Numbered from the stretch's first letter, positions 44,218-56,898 are shown. The stretch is 64,000 nt of DNA from an uncultured Pseudomonadales bacterium (GCA_964635905.1 CAZWPK010000001.1:68894-132893), one strand, 5' to 3'. Notes: a model not told the origin generated them from the letters alone. A program made the numbers and translations.

Positions 44218-45912
44218 GTGATTATGCTCAGTTTCTTACGACCATTGTTTGCTCCCAAGTTTCGTCCGGCTGCCAATGCCATTCCGCCCGTGGTGCTGAT
44301 TTCTCTGGACGGGTGGGGCATTGCCCCCGATTCTCATGGAAATGCGATCACCCAGGCAAAAACACCGAACTGGGACAGCTATCTTTCCACCTACCCTAAC
44401 TCGCAGCTCATTGCATCGGGAGAATCGGTCGGATTACCAGCCAATGAAGTCGGTAACTCGGAGGTGGGGCATTTAACCATGGGGGTAGGACGCGTGATCT
44501 TTGAGAGTTTGCTGCGGATCAACAAAGCCATTGAAGATGAATCTTTTTTTCGTAATGAAGCACTCCTTGCGGCCATCGACTACGTGCAGGCCCATCACAG
44601 TACATTACATTTGTTGGGACTGGTGGGAGCAGGGAACGTTCACTCTTCTGTCTCGCATCTGTATGCCTTATTAGAACTTGCTAAACGCGCGAAGCTTCCC
44701 AAGGTTTGTTTGCATGTCTTTACGGATGGGCGTGACTCTCCACCGCATGATGGGGTCAATGTAATTACCAAACTAGAATATGAGATTAAGGAACACTATC
44801 CCTTTGCGCGGATTGCTACAGTCTCAGGACGCTACTACGCGATGGACCGGGACACCCGTTGGGAACGCACGCAGAAAGCCTACGACGCAATTGTGATGGG
44901 GAAGGGAGTCCAAGCCCACAATGCAACGACGGCGGTCAGTGCCTCGTATAAAGACGGGAAGACGGATGAGTTTATTGAAGCAACGGTGATTGTGGACGCG
45001 GCTGGAAACTGCAGCCCCGTCAATGACAATGATGCCTGCATTTTCTTTAATTTCCGTGTCGACCGTCCGCGTCAGTTAACCAAAGCGTTTGTGCTCCCCG
45101 ATTTTGAATCCGGTGCATTTCAATTCGAAGAAGAGAAGAAGACTCCTTCCGCATTTCATCAACCCAAGCCTACATTTAAACGGGAAAAGCGGCCCGCCAA
45201 TCTGTTTTTTGTGACGATGACGGAGTATCAACAGGGGTTGCCAGTGAGTAAGATTGCATTTCCCAACGATACCGTACAGCACTCGCTCCCCGAAGTTCTT
45301 GCTGCAGCAAAACTCCGTCAGTTTCATCTAGCAGAAAGCGAAAAGGAACGAATGGTGACCTATTATTTCGATGGTCTACGCATCGACAAATTTCCCGGAG
45401 AAGACACCTTAATCATTCCATCTCCATCCGTGGGAACCTATGATCGAAAGCCAGAAATGTCACTTCCCGCAATCGTGGATGCTTTTAAAACGGCTCTTGC
45501 GTCCAATACCTATCACTTCTTCATGCTCAACTTTGCCAACCCCGATATGGTCGCGCACAGTGGCAAACTCAAAGCCACCATTAAGGCGTGTGAGATTGTC
45601 GATTGGGCGCTGGGGGACATGGTGCCGATGGTGTTGTCAGTAGGAGGGACCGTGTTTATCACCGCTGATCACGGCAATGCGGAGGAACTTCTAACCTTTG
45701 ATTCTTCCGGGTTCTTCTTTACCACCAGAGAAGGGGCGATGAATACCGAACACTCTAATAATCCGGTTCCATTCGTCATGATTAATACTGCCTATCAAGG
45801 AAAAACCCAAGCGTTGGCTGACGGAAGTTTGGCGGATGTTGCTCCCACCATTTTGACCCTCCTACAACTTCCAATCCCGGAACAGATGACCGGGCAAAAC
45901 CTACTCAAGTAA
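44218..45912 (+). CDS. gpmI: 2,3-bisphosphoglycerate-independent phosphoglycerate mutase (iPGM)
   Basis: VVLISLDGWGIAPDSHGNAITQAKTPNWD, NSEVGHLTMGVGRV, TDGRDSPP, ITADHGNAE. These are the iPGM metal-binding blocks. Confidence 0.85.
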   Translation: MIMLSFLRPLFAPKFRPAANAIPPVVLISLDGWGIAPDSHGNAITQAKTPNWDSYLSTYPNSQLIASGESVGLPANEVGNSEVGHLTMGVGRVIFESLLRINKAIEDESFFRNEALLAAIDYVQAHHSTLHLLGLVGAGNVHSSVSHLYALLELAKRAKLPKVCLHVFTDGRDSPPHDGVNVITKLEYEIKEHYPFARIATVSGRYYAMDRDTRWERTQKAYDAIVMGKGVQAHNATTAVSASYKDGKTDEFIEATVIVDAAGNCSPVNDNDACIFFNFRVDRPRQLTKAFVLPDFESGAFQFEEEKKTPSAFHQPKPTFKREKRPANLFFVTMTEYQQGLPVSKIAFPNDTVQHSLPEVLAAAKLRQFHLAESEKERMVTYYFDGLRIDKFPGEDTLIIPSPSVGTYDRKPEMSLPAIVDAFKTALASNTYHFFMLNFANPDMVAHSGKLKATIKACEIVDWALGDMVPMVLSVGGTVFITADHGNAEELLTFDSSGFFFTTREGAMNTEHSNNPVPFVMINTAYQGKTQALADGSLADVAPTILTLLQLPIPEQMTGQNLLK

Positions 45913-45953
45913 TCCCGCGAACTCTCGTTGCAGTACGGTTTGATTTTGAATTT

Positions 45954-46589
45954 TTGGTTGCTTTAGTTCACAATGAAACAATGGAGTTAACGCCCTTACT
46001 GATTTACGAATCATTCATCCTGATCATCGGAGTTTCTGCCGTCCTTGCCTTTGCGGCGTTCTACTATCGACTCTTAAAAGGCTACACGCTCCTGCGCCAA
46101 GACTACATCGCCCTGGAAGCCAAAACGAAAAAAGATTCTGCTGCGCTTCTGGAAGACTCACAGCAGCAAGCGATTCGGATTATTCGGGAATCCCGTGTTC
46201 TCTCCGAAGAACTCAAAGAAAAATTGGCAACCATCCTGACAGCCGCAGCCAAGAGTGAAGGGAAAGCCTACGAAGAAGTACTGGAGGGTGTGGAAGAAGA
46301 TCTCAAACGAGAATCACTGTCCAAAGTGGATGCGTTTGCCAAGAGTCTTGAAAAGGAAACTGTGTCTTCCCAGCATGAGATCGAGAAACGACTGGAATCC
46401 GCGTATGCCGCTGTGGATACCGAGGTGGAGATGGTAAAGAAAGCAAAACTAGCCAAGTTGGATACGCAAATTGCTGCCATCGTCACCGAGGTGATTTCTG
46501 CCTCTACGGGGAAAGTAGTTTCTTTGCAAGATCACGACGATTGGATTCGAAAGGCCCTCAAGGATGCAACCAAGCAAGCTGGACTCTAA
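45954..46589 (+). CDS. atpF: F-type ATP synthase subunit b-like (single N-terminal TM plus long charged coiled coil)
   Basis: N-terminal helix LLIYESFILIIGVSAVLAFAAFYY, then an Ala/Glu/Lys-rich helical region. Lies immediately upstream of the delta/alpha/gamma/beta/epsilon genes. The true start may be the internal Met (MELTP...). Confidence 0.55.
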   Translation: MVALVHNETMELTPLLIYESFILIIGVSAVLAFAAFYYRLLKGYTLLRQDYIALEAKTKKDSAALLEDSQQQAIRIIRESRVLSEELKEKLATILTAAAKSEGKAYEEVLEGVEEDLKRESLSKVDAFAKSLEKETVSSQHEIEKRLESAYAAVDTEVEMVKKAKLAKLDTQIAAIVTEVISASTGKVVSLQDHDDWIRKALKDATKQAGL

Positions 46590-47049
46590 CCTCAAGCAGT
46601 TCCTGGTCACCATCGATGATAAAGTGGCGATGCTGCAAGCGATTGCCAAATTAAAACTGGTGCAGTTCTCCACGAGTTCGGATGCCTTGGCTTCGACGCT
46701 TAAAAACGACGTTTCCTATGATGTGGCAACCGCACTTTCCGGATTACTCAAAGAGGAAACTCCTCCTAGTTTTGAAGCGATTGAAACATGGCTCACCAAA
46801 CTTCCAGTCGTTTCGTTGACGTTGCCATTTTCCCCAACACGAAGTCAGTTGCAAGCCTATCAAGAAATTCTGCAAACAGAAGGGAAACAGGAAACGATCC
46901 TCTTGCAGATTCAGGTGCGTCCCCAACTCCTTGCAGGGGTGCAGATAGAGATTGCGGGGTCGTATCGTGATTATTCACTCCAAACGGCTCTGGATTCTTT
47001 TGTACATACCCCGGCGTATCAAGCCATACTCACCAAACATCTGCAATGA
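46564..47049 (+). CDS. atpH: F-type ATP synthase subunit delta (OSCP)
   Basis: 161 aa. C-terminus LLAGVQIEIAGSYRDYSLQTALDS resembles the delta consensus (GG..v..Gd...DgSvr..L). Position fits between b and alpha. Confidence 0.6.
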   Translation: MQPSKLDSNLKQFLVTIDDKVAMLQAIAKLKLVQFSTSSDALASTLKNDVSYDVATALSGLLKEETPPSFEAIETWLTKLPVVSLTLPFSPTRSQLQAYQEILQTEGKQETILLQIQVRPQLLAGVQIEIAGSYRDYSLQTALDSFVHTPAYQAILTKHLQ

Positions 47050-48507
47050 AAACCTTTCAGGACTACCTTACCAGTACGCAGGAAATCGGCTATGTTGAAA
47101 AGCTGTTACATGGATTAGTGACGGTCACGGGGATTCCCAGTGTGCGCTTGTTTGAACTTGTGATATTGGAATCCGGTGAGATGGGACAAGTGATTAGTTT
47201 GACTCCAGAAATGGTTGAAGTCTTGTTGTTTACCGCAACTCCCATTCAGGCTGGTACCCGGGTCGTGCGAACGAATGAGCGGTTATCCGTAGGCTTGGGT
47301 CAGGGGATCTTGGGAAAACGTCTAAATGCGCTCGGTGAAGTCACTGGACTGTATGCCCCGATTCAAGTCGATGAATACCGTGGGATTGATATTCGTCCGC
47401 AAGGAATCATGGCTCGCGCTCCCATTGAAAAGCCTTTAGAAACCGGGGTTGCCGTTGTCGACTTGATCATCCCCTTAGCCAAAGGTCAGCGTCAGCTGAT
47501 TATCGGAGATCGAAAGTCCGGGAAAACCACCTTCTTACTGCAGACCCTTTTAACCCAAGCAAAAAACGGATTAGTTTGTGTGGTGGCGGCGATTGGGAAA
47601 CGCGCAATCGAGATTCGACAACTGGAAGACTTCATCAAGGCCAATGGAATTGAGTCGCAAGTGGTGATTGTCGCCTCCGCTTCCTCGGATCCTTCTGGCC
47701 TCATCTTTTTAACTCCCTATACCGCAATGACAGTGGCCGAGTATTTCCGTGATCAGGGCAGGGACACGCTGATCATCATGGATGATCTGTCGATGCATGC
47801 GGCAGTCTACCGCGAAATCACGCTGATTGCCCGACGGTTCCCCGGTCGTGCTGCCTATCCCGGAGATATCTTTTACACCCATGCCCGCTTGATGGAACGG
47901 GGAGGAAACTACAAGTCAAAATCAGGCAGTTCGGTGTCTATCACAGTCTTACCCGTCATTCAAACCGCAATGGGGGATTTGGCTGCCTACATTACCACGA
48001 ATATCATGTCCATGACCGATGGCCATTTGTATTTTGATACCCAGCTATTCGATCAGGGACGTCGACCCTCGGTCAATCCCTTTCTCTCGGTTACGCGTGT
48101 GGGACTGGAAGCCCAAACACCCATTCAACGCGATGTTTCAAGAAGCCTGCAAAGTTTCTTAGTCCAGCACGAGAAAATGAAACAATATACCCACTTTGGC
48201 GCCGAAGTCTCGCAGGGTGTTCGTGATACCTTGGCCTTAGGGGATCGGATCTATACCTTCTTTCAACAGCTCTCCGATGAAGTCTATCCCATCCACGTGA
48301 GTATCTTAATCTTGGCGCTACTCTGGGGTGGACTCTGGGCAGAGTTAGAACCGGAAAAAATGAAAGCGCTCATGAAAAAAACGATTCAACGTTACCAGGA
48401 AGAAGCCAGCTTTACCTCGCAAGTCGATACGCTGATTACGCAAGCGGCTGATTTTACCCAGCTCGTTGCTACCGCCAAATCACAGATAGATACACTCAAA
48501 GTTCGCT

Positions 48508-48518
<11 letters not shown>
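47046..48518 (+). CDS. atpA: F-type ATP synthase subunit alpha
   Basis: P-loop GDRKSGKTTFLLQTLL. DDLSMHAAVYREITLIARRFPGRAAYPGDIFYTHARLMER. Confidence 0.9.
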
Positions 48519-50755
<2,237 letters not shown>

Positions 50756-50760
50756 TCACT

Positions 50761-51021
50761 ATGGCAACGTACCCCCCAATGATGCTCACGGTTAAAAGCC
50801 GCGAAAAGACGCTTTTTGAAGGTGAAGTGACATCGATAACTTCCTATAACGAAAAAGGTAAATTTGACGTTCTACCGCTCCACAGCAATTTTATTTCTCT
50901 AATCGGTGAAAAAATCATCATCCAACCCACCGTAGGTCCTACGCAAGAAATTCAGCTAGATAATGCCGTGCTGCGTGTGATAGAAAACACGATCCAAATC
51001 TTCATTGGCATCGAGCGCTAA
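50761..51021 (+). CDS. atpC: F-type ATP synthase subunit epsilon (short form)
   Basis: 86 aa. LTVKSREKTLFEGEVTSITSYNEKGKFDVLPLHSNFISLI is an epsilon-like beta-sandwich. Confidence 0.7.
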   Translation: MATYPPMMLTVKSREKTLFEGEVTSITSYNEKGKFDVLPLHSNFISLIGEKIIIQPTVGPTQEIQLDNAVLRVIENTIQIFIGIER

Positions 51022-51359
51022 CACCAATTTTTAAACAGTTCTTTACTTGTCCCACGAGTTATCCACATTGTGTACTCCACAAACCAATCTTTTTACACGT
51101 TTCACAACGATCAGACTCTCTCATACCCATTCAACTATCATGATTATCGGGGAAAAAGCACGATCTATACACAACAAAGAAAAAACTGTATATTGTTGTG
51201 TTAGTACCATAGAAAAGAGATCGAAACACAACATTGCAATTTACTTGAGTACAATCCACAATCGTGTGAGCATTGTACCCAATGGGGGATCTGTGTCATT
51301 TTCATTTCACCTTACAAGAATGTGATTATTGAACCCTTTATCGCAATCAAAGACACACT

Positions 51360-52160
51360 ATGAAGAAATTAAAAAAAGAACTGTTACTCACGCTGTATTG
51401 TGTGCGCAGCAGTACCCATCCCGCACTTTCCGTGGGTGTGTCGTATCCTTTCCTGAATTCCATCCTTGAGTACTCTTCTAGCTCTATTCGGGAAGTCATC
51501 TCGAGCTGGGTTGCGTTGGGAGTGGTAACTGTAGTGCGTCACAACTCTATCCTGCACTTTACGCTTTCTTCCCGAGGTATGGAGCTCGTGACAGCCTCAT
51601 TTCCGGCATTTTTTGCACCAAATGGACGACAGGAGCCTGAGCAAGTGACGGTCTGTATCTGTACTGCCAAAACTAGTTCCAAAGAGTATCAAGACGTAGC
51701 GTCAACACTAGCGCAGTGGGGAACACAACTCACACGGACTGTATGGATTGGACCACCGCTCTCCACCATCCAACAACAGAAGCTCTATCACAACACAAGC
51801 GTTGTCGTAGTTACTCAGGGAATTCTTGCAGGAAATCTTTCTCAAGTGGGAGGAATCGACGCAGCACTCCAGCATCGACTGCAACAATATGTGAAAAAAG
51901 TCTCTACAGAGCTGCTTGCGTTAAAGCAGATGAAAGTGGCAAAATTCCCACGTCCCACTTCCGCGGTAAAAAAGATGCAATTATTGCTCCAAATATTTAC
52001 GCAAAACGACTGGAAGTTGGCGGCAATAGCAGGCAATATATTACCGCATAGTCAAGAAACCAGCACTCACTTCGATGAATTCTTAACACTGACGTCAATT
52101 CTATTCGTTCATCTATTACTGCATGATAAAACCAGAAGAATACCCAATGCGTCAATATAA
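51360..52160 (+). CDS. hypothetical protein
   Basis: 266-aa ORF with no motif recognised. Confidence 0.4.
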   Translation: MKKLKKELLLTLYCVRSSTHPALSVGVSYPFLNSILEYSSSSIREVISSWVALGVVTVVRHNSILHFTLSSRGMELVTASFPAFFAPNGRQEPEQVTVCICTAKTSSKEYQDVASTLAQWGTQLTRTVWIGPPLSTIQQQKLYHNTSVVVVTQGILAGNLSQVGGIDAALQHRLQQYVKKVSTELLALKQMKVAKFPRPTSAVKKMQLLLQIFTQNDWKLAAIAGNILPHSQETSTHFDEFLTLTSILFVHLLLHDKTRRIPNASI

Positions 52161-52394
52161 CTACGTATTTCATGCGACAAAGATCGATTCACGAATTCAC
52201 GATAATTTGCGATATACGTTACTACTATAAGATAATTGATGCAAAAACTCCTACGAGATCACCATTCCAGTGTATACTGAGACTAAGAAAAGAAAAGACG
52301 GATGATTCAAGCTAATTTGAATTCAAATTCGTTAGCACTAGCATGAACCAAGTGATTTCCCCTCAAGTGATAATTTTTGATGGAATATTGCAAT

Positions 52395-52855
52395 AAATCA
52401 GCGCGATTCTGTAGAATGGGGAATATTTAGGGTGCATTGTCCGATTTGTCCCAGCCTTTCTCCAGAGTAGAAGCCTATGCGCAGGAAACTCGGAAAAAAA
52501 CAGCTCCTGTTCATCACAACCGTCTCGATCTTCACCTTTCCACTGTGCTCGCGCTTCGTACAACATTGCGGCTTAATAACAGAAAGCACAACCATCCCCA
52601 ATCGATGGAAAGAACCGAAACCTCATTGGGAAAGAGTAGAGTAATGGAATGGTAAGGGTAAAATCAAAAAGGGTGGATGCATCCAAGCGCAAAGAGGGAT
52701 GAAATAGTTAGCGGAAGACGGTTGACGCTGCTACTCGTTCGGGTTGGTATAACTCTTATACCCAAGTGAAACGAATGAAAAGGATTGTGGAGCAAACACT
52801 CTTACAAATAGGCCTATAGCAGTTGAGTTTTCTTTACATAAATGATACAATTCTC
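52395..52855 (+). ncRNA. rnpB: RNase P RNA (rnpB), bacterial type; ends approximate
   Basis: Five blocks match RNase P conserved regions in order. GTAGAAGCCTATGCGCAGG aligns with GGAAAGUCCGGGCUCCAUAGGGCAGG (P4 5' strand region). TAATAACAGAAAGCACAACCATCC aligns with CAACAGARAGCAAACCGCC. CCAATCGATGG aligns with CCGAUGG. GGTAAGGGTAAAATCAAAAAGGGTGGATGCATCC aligns with GGUAAGGGUGAAAGGGUG-hairpin. ACGAATGAAAAGGATTGTGG...ACAAATAGGCCTATAGCAGTTGAG aligns with GAUGAAUGACUGUCC...ACAGAACCCGGCUUAUCGGUCAGUUUC. GCCTAT (52474-52479) can pair with ATAGGC in the 3' block, giving a P4-like helix. No plausible ORF in the region. Confidence 0.55.
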
Positions 52856-53269
52856 TTTTGATTGAGATCAAACAAGAACTAGAGCCCTAGGTCCCTACCG
52901 ATCTCGACTCTTCTTCTTTTTGTTATCTCCATCAGATTCGCTTTTTTACAAGCTAAAATCGCGCTCTCACTGTCTTGCCAGGCAGGGAGAAAAGACTCTC
53001 ATTCTTGAGCCTAGGATCCTACACACCCTGTGTTTTCGATCATAGATTCAAGCCGGCGCCTAAACTAATATTTAGGCTCTGGAAGAGATAGACGGCACAT
53101 TGGATAGATGCGGGGCGATACGCCCCGTTTTACGTTCATGAGCCTGTCTGTCAGCCCTTTACAAAGTTCATGTTACTAAGCCTAAAACTCCTTCATCTAT
53201 TTGGCTTGCATTGTGGGTTCTACTGGAATCTAGAATGCAGGTCATATAGCTATAGGGAGCGAAAAGAAA

Positions 53270-54190
53270 ATGACCCAGCAGAGCACTGACCAAGACCAGG
53301 TCTTTATTTCGGAATTTTTCGCACGTTATCCATGGTTGACAGATGAGACAAACATCAGTCGGATCCTCATGGATCGGTGGTATCAGGAGTATCGGGCGGA
53401 GCTTCCCCACACGACTGCTCTCGCGGCGCATTTCTTAAAGCAGGTGGAGAAGAATCTACTCTATCTGCTTTCAGAGGCACAGGGACTGGAGTTAAAGGCT
53501 CCCGCCCGCTATCCATTGCCCGTGCCCGCATCGAAGTGGGAAAAGCCAGGTGATCTCGCGAATCAGCTCTTCAAACCAGGGAGCTACGGGAACGCAACCG
53601 TGCCTCAGCCCATCGAGGCGAAGGAGGTAGAGGAACCCAAACCGGTCGATCCGGAAGACCCCATCCCTGACATGGACCTCCCGCCACGTCTGGAGCGTTG
53701 GATCGTCAACATGATCACCGTCCTGGACCCGGATGCGGAGATCCGGAGCAGGTTGGTAATCGCCTACGGTGCGGACATTGCGACCTCGATCGTCACTGCG
53801 ACCCGGAACACATGGGGGGCAGACCCAGGATCTGTTGCAGTTGCGGTGTTTCTCAACGTCATGGGCAGTTTCTCTGAGCTCGTGTTCCGGTTCGGCTTCA
53901 CAAGCTTCATGCATCGGATTCGCAGGTGGGACACGCGCAGTGCTGGCGATTTTGTCTTGCATCTCATTTATCTAGGGATGGCGCTCTTCGTTGCGCTCTT
54001 GGGCGGCGGAGGCTTCGTGTATAACTTTTCGATGACCGTCGAGTTCTTCGATAACCTGGCGCCAGCGGCGCTGGTGGTCTTCGAGATCGCGATGCCCATC
54101 AGCGTAGGCGCACTGTTCGGACTCCTCGTTACCTCGATCATGACAATGATCGAGTTGGAGTACCTCCTGGACAAGGTTCGCAAGAACTAA
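53270..54190 (+). CDS. hypothetical protein with C-terminal membrane helices, encoded in a GC-rich island
   Basis: 306 aa. Local GC is clearly higher than the flanks (frequent GCG/CGG/GGC codons). 2-3 C-terminal TM helices. An intrinsic terminator follows. Confidence 0.55.
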   Translation: MTQQSTDQDQVFISEFFARYPWLTDETNISRILMDRWYQEYRAELPHTTALAAHFLKQVEKNLLYLLSEAQGLELKAPARYPLPVPASKWEKPGDLANQLFKPGSYGNATVPQPIEAKEVEEPKPVDPEDPIPDMDLPPRLERWIVNMITVLDPDAEIRSRLVIAYGADIATSIVTATRNTWGADPGSVAVAVFLNVMGSFSELVFRFGFTSFMHRIRRWDTRSAGDFVLHLIYLGMALFVALLGGGGFVYNFSMTVEFFDNLAPAALVVFEIAMPISVGALFGLLVTSIMTMIELEYLLDKVRKN

Positions 54191-54211
54191 ACATGAACAA
54201 GGTAAAGGGAA

Positions 54212-54241
54212 AAGCCCCGGGATAAAATCCGGGGCTTTTTC
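54212..54241 (+). terminator. rho-independent terminator
   Basis: AGCCCCGG-GATAAAAT-CCGGGGCT followed by TTTTT (54236-54240). Confidence 0.7.
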
Positions 54242-54292
54242 ATATCTAGATACGAAAATGGCGCCCATTACTGAGCGCCATTTACTGAATAT

Positions 54293-54481
54293 TCACTTCT
54301 GACGGAAGTTTCGCGAAGCAGACGACGGTGAAGTCCTTTTGGCATTACGATAGTTTTCCATTCTTTCAAAATTTAGCCGCGTCGCGCGCGGCTTAAAGAA
54401 AGCGATCCCCACCAGGGTGAGGATCCCGAAGCCCGCGCATCCCAGCGCGAGGCCAACTGTTAGTAAACTATTAACGTCCAT
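54293..54481 (-). CDS. small single-TM protein (62 aa) in the GC-rich island
   Basis: MDVNSLLTVGLALGCAGFGILTLVGIAFF, then a basic tail. GC-rich like its neighbour. Confidence 0.4.
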   Translation of the reverse strand: MDVNSLLTVGLALGCAGFGILTLVGIAFFKPRATRLNFERMENYRNAKRTSPSSASRNFRQK

Positions 54482-54675
54482 CTTTTCTCCTCTCCGTGGA
54501 CGGGATCAAGAAACTGTAAGTGATTCCTAATCCTATCCACCGAGTGGATTTAAGCTTATTCAGTATTAAAGAGCTTCTCTATGCACTCAACTCTAGACGC
54601 CTTGTCTAAAAGAGAACTATAGAATCCTATAGTGTATTACTTTGCGGGGATTTATTCAAGAATTAATTCAGAATT

Positions 54676-56880
54676 TTAATCTTCAACCGGTTTTGTTGTC
54701 TCAACTTCTTCTTTCTTTTCTTCCTGTTTCTCCTGACTCTTTGGTCCTGCCATCATGGTTTTCTTCTTGGCATATTGTTCTCTGGAGGAGCGTAACACCT
54801 TGGCTTTGTTTTGATTATTGGAGCTTGCTAGCCCCAGCGTATGGGCGGGGAATGGTCTGGAGGTGGTCCCATCTATCATGAGCTTGATAATGATCTGGTA
54901 GCGGGAGAGGGAGACTAAGTCCTCTTGGGTATACATATTCCCGTATTCTTGCTGCAACTGTGCCGCATCGGAAGCTCCCAGGATGAAACTGGCAATGGTG
55001 CCAGCATTTCCAAAGATTGCAGATTTTACCTCTGGAGGGATCTGGTCCATGTACTGGTTGGCCAGGATTAAGTTGAGGCGATACTTTCGTGCCTCGGAGA
55101 GAATCTTGATGAAACTGGTGGTGGCAAAGTTTTGAAACTCATCGATATAGAGATAGAAATCCTTGCGATCGGCTTCTGCTTTGTAGACGCGATTCATGGC
55201 GGCTAACTGAATCTTGGTAATCAACATGGCGCCTAGAAGGGCGGCATTATCTTCACCCAGTTTTCCCTGGGAGACGTTAATCAAGAGAATCTTGCCGGAA
55301 TCCATGATGTCTTCGATGTTGATGGAGCTGTGTTGGGCGTTGACCACATCGCGGATGATCGGGGAGGTCACAAACTGTCCCACCTTGTTTAAGATCGGGG
55401 AAATCGCCTCGGTCCGCAGGCGTTCCTGCATGGGGTTAAACTCCTTGATCCAGAAGTTCTTTAACACGGGATCTTGCAGATTCTCTACCACGCGTTCTCG
55501 ATACTTCTCATTGGTCAGCATCGTAATTACGTCTTCTAATCGTGCTTGCTTGGACAGCAGGGTTAACAGGGTATTGCGCAAGATATATTCCAGTCGTGGT
55601 CCCCAAGAGTGGGCATACATCTTCTGAAAGATAGCCACAATTCCGGAGGCAATCAGTTCGCGATGGACTTCCGAGCCTCCCTCAAAGAGGTTGATCTTGA
55701 CTACGGCCTCGGGGTCGGATGGATCCAGATAGATCACATCGTTGATGCGGTGTTTGGGAATGTAATCGAGGATCGTCTCGATTAAGTCTCCATGCGGATC
55801 AATGACTGCCAGCCCTTTACCATGCTTTAAATCATTAATGATCATGTTGGCAAGTAACGTGGATTTTCCGGTACCAGACTTTCCCACCACATACATGTGA
55901 CGCCGTCGATCTTCTTCTTTGATTCCAAAGATCTGCTGAGCGTTCTTTAACTCGGTCTTGGCAAACAGATTGACATTATTTTTCTCTTCCTCAGGTAATG
56001 TGGCAAAGATAGGCAGGGTATCCGGTGGTTCTCCCCGTAGTGATTTTCCCCAGGCAATATTCTTGACGGAATTTACCAGCTTGTGGGGGAGATGACAGAG
56101 GGCAGCTAACTCTTCTTCGCTACAGTACAGTTTTCCAAACCATGGGGTGCGTGTCGTCATCAGGGAAAGCAATTTCTTATTCCCAAATAAACTGCTCTTT
56201 AATTCCAGACTATTCGTCTCACTGCTAAAGGCGTTATACGCATGATCTAAATCATGCACGATCTGGGTGGCACGTTCCGGTGTTGCTGCCTGTGCCAATA
56301 TTCCAATCCCACACTCAAACCCGACTTGGGCTAACTTTTTACTGATCTGTTCTTTGTGGGGATGCATTTTGGCAGGATCCGCAATTACCGATTGACCGGT
56401 ACTCTTCCAGGATTCCTTGGCTTTGCGCAAATGAATCTGAATCAAGGCACATTCTTCGGGCATGAGCTTGCTTAGATTCGAAAACACCGAGGCCAACAGA
56501 TCACTATCCGGATTCGTGGAGACCGTCTTTAGGGGCAAGTAGGCCGCATTCCGCAGCTTTAATTCGCGTGCATGCTTGGGTCTGGTATGCAAAAACTCAT
56601 CAAGAGGGTTATGTTCCAGCTTGGTAATCAGTGCTTCGGGGTAGGCTGCCGTTAACTGGCTATGAATGAAACTCTCCAGATGAGCAGGGATGGTCAAGAA
56701 GGTATAGATTGTTTGTCCCTGATTAAAGAACTCGACCGTAATGGATGGAGCTTGCTTGAACACATCTAGTAATCCGTGGGGAGGTGAAGGGAGGGTAGCA
56801 AAAAACTGCGCAGCCGCAGAAGATCCTTGCGGGCTTTCTCGATGATTTCTGATCTCAAAGGTGATGCTCTGCGCACTCAT
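54676..56880 (-). CDS. soluble P-loop ATPase of the TraD/VirD4/TrwB (type IV coupling protein) / DUF87 AAA-like superfamily
   Basis: Walker A YVVGKSGTGKSTLLANMI. Walker B FYLYIDEFQNFAT. Arginine-finger-like ARKYRLNLILANQY. 734 aa with no TM helices. Acidic/lysine-rich C-terminal tail. Confidence 0.7.
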   Translation of the reverse strand: MSAQSITFEIRNHRESPQGSSAAAQFFATLPSPPHGLLDVFKQAPSITVEFFNQGQTIYTFLTIPAHLESFIHSQLTAAYPEALITKLEHNPLDEFLHTRPKHARELKLRNAAYLPLKTVSTNPDSDLLASVFSNLSKLMPEECALIQIHLRKAKESWKSTGQSVIADPAKMHPHKEQISKKLAQVGFECGIGILAQAATPERATQIVHDLDHAYNAFSSETNSLELKSSLFGNKKLLSLMTTRTPWFGKLYCSEEELAALCHLPHKLVNSVKNIAWGKSLRGEPPDTLPIFATLPEEEKNNVNLFAKTELKNAQQIFGIKEEDRRRHMYVVGKSGTGKSTLLANMIINDLKHGKGLAVIDPHGDLIETILDYIPKHRINDVIYLDPSDPEAVVKINLFEGGSEVHRELIASGIVAIFQKMYAHSWGPRLEYILRNTLLTLLSKQARLEDVITMLTNEKYRERVVENLQDPVLKNFWIKEFNPMQERLRTEAISPILNKVGQFVTSPIIRDVVNAQHSSINIEDIMDSGKILLINVSQGKLGEDNAALLGAMLITKIQLAAMNRVYKAEADRKDFYLYIDEFQNFATTSFIKILSEARKYRLNLILANQYMDQIPPEVKSAIFGNAGTIASFILGASDAAQLQQEYGNMYTQEDLVSLSRYQIIIKLMIDGTTSRPFPAHTLGLASSNNQNKAKVLRSSREQYAKKKTMMAGPKSQEKQEEKKEEVETTKPVED

Positions 56881-56898
56881 ACAGTGTTAAGTGTAGCA

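Noticed and set aside
51047-51325. 92-aa ORF after atpC
   Set aside because: Low-complexity T/S/H-rich translation in an AT-rich intergenic stretch. No SD and no conserved features.
52363-52655. Three overlapping 65-72-aa ORFs on both strands
   Set aside because: They sit on top of the RNase P RNA candidate, are mutually exclusive, and have no homolog-like features.
53492-54268. Five ORFs on both strands (53492..53962, 53764..53967, 53769..53975, 53968..54183, 53972..54268)
   Set aside because: They overlap the 53270..54190 gene in a GC-rich segment where long spurious ORFs are expected. The plus-strand gene has the coherent domain structure (TM helices) and the terminator.
54247-54275. Hairpin AAATGGCGC-CCATTACTGA-GCGCCATTT downstream of the terminator
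   Set aside because: A stem-loop is possible, but there is no adjoining T-tract on either strand. It could be a second weaker terminator for the minus-strand 54293 gene, but the evidence is insufficient.
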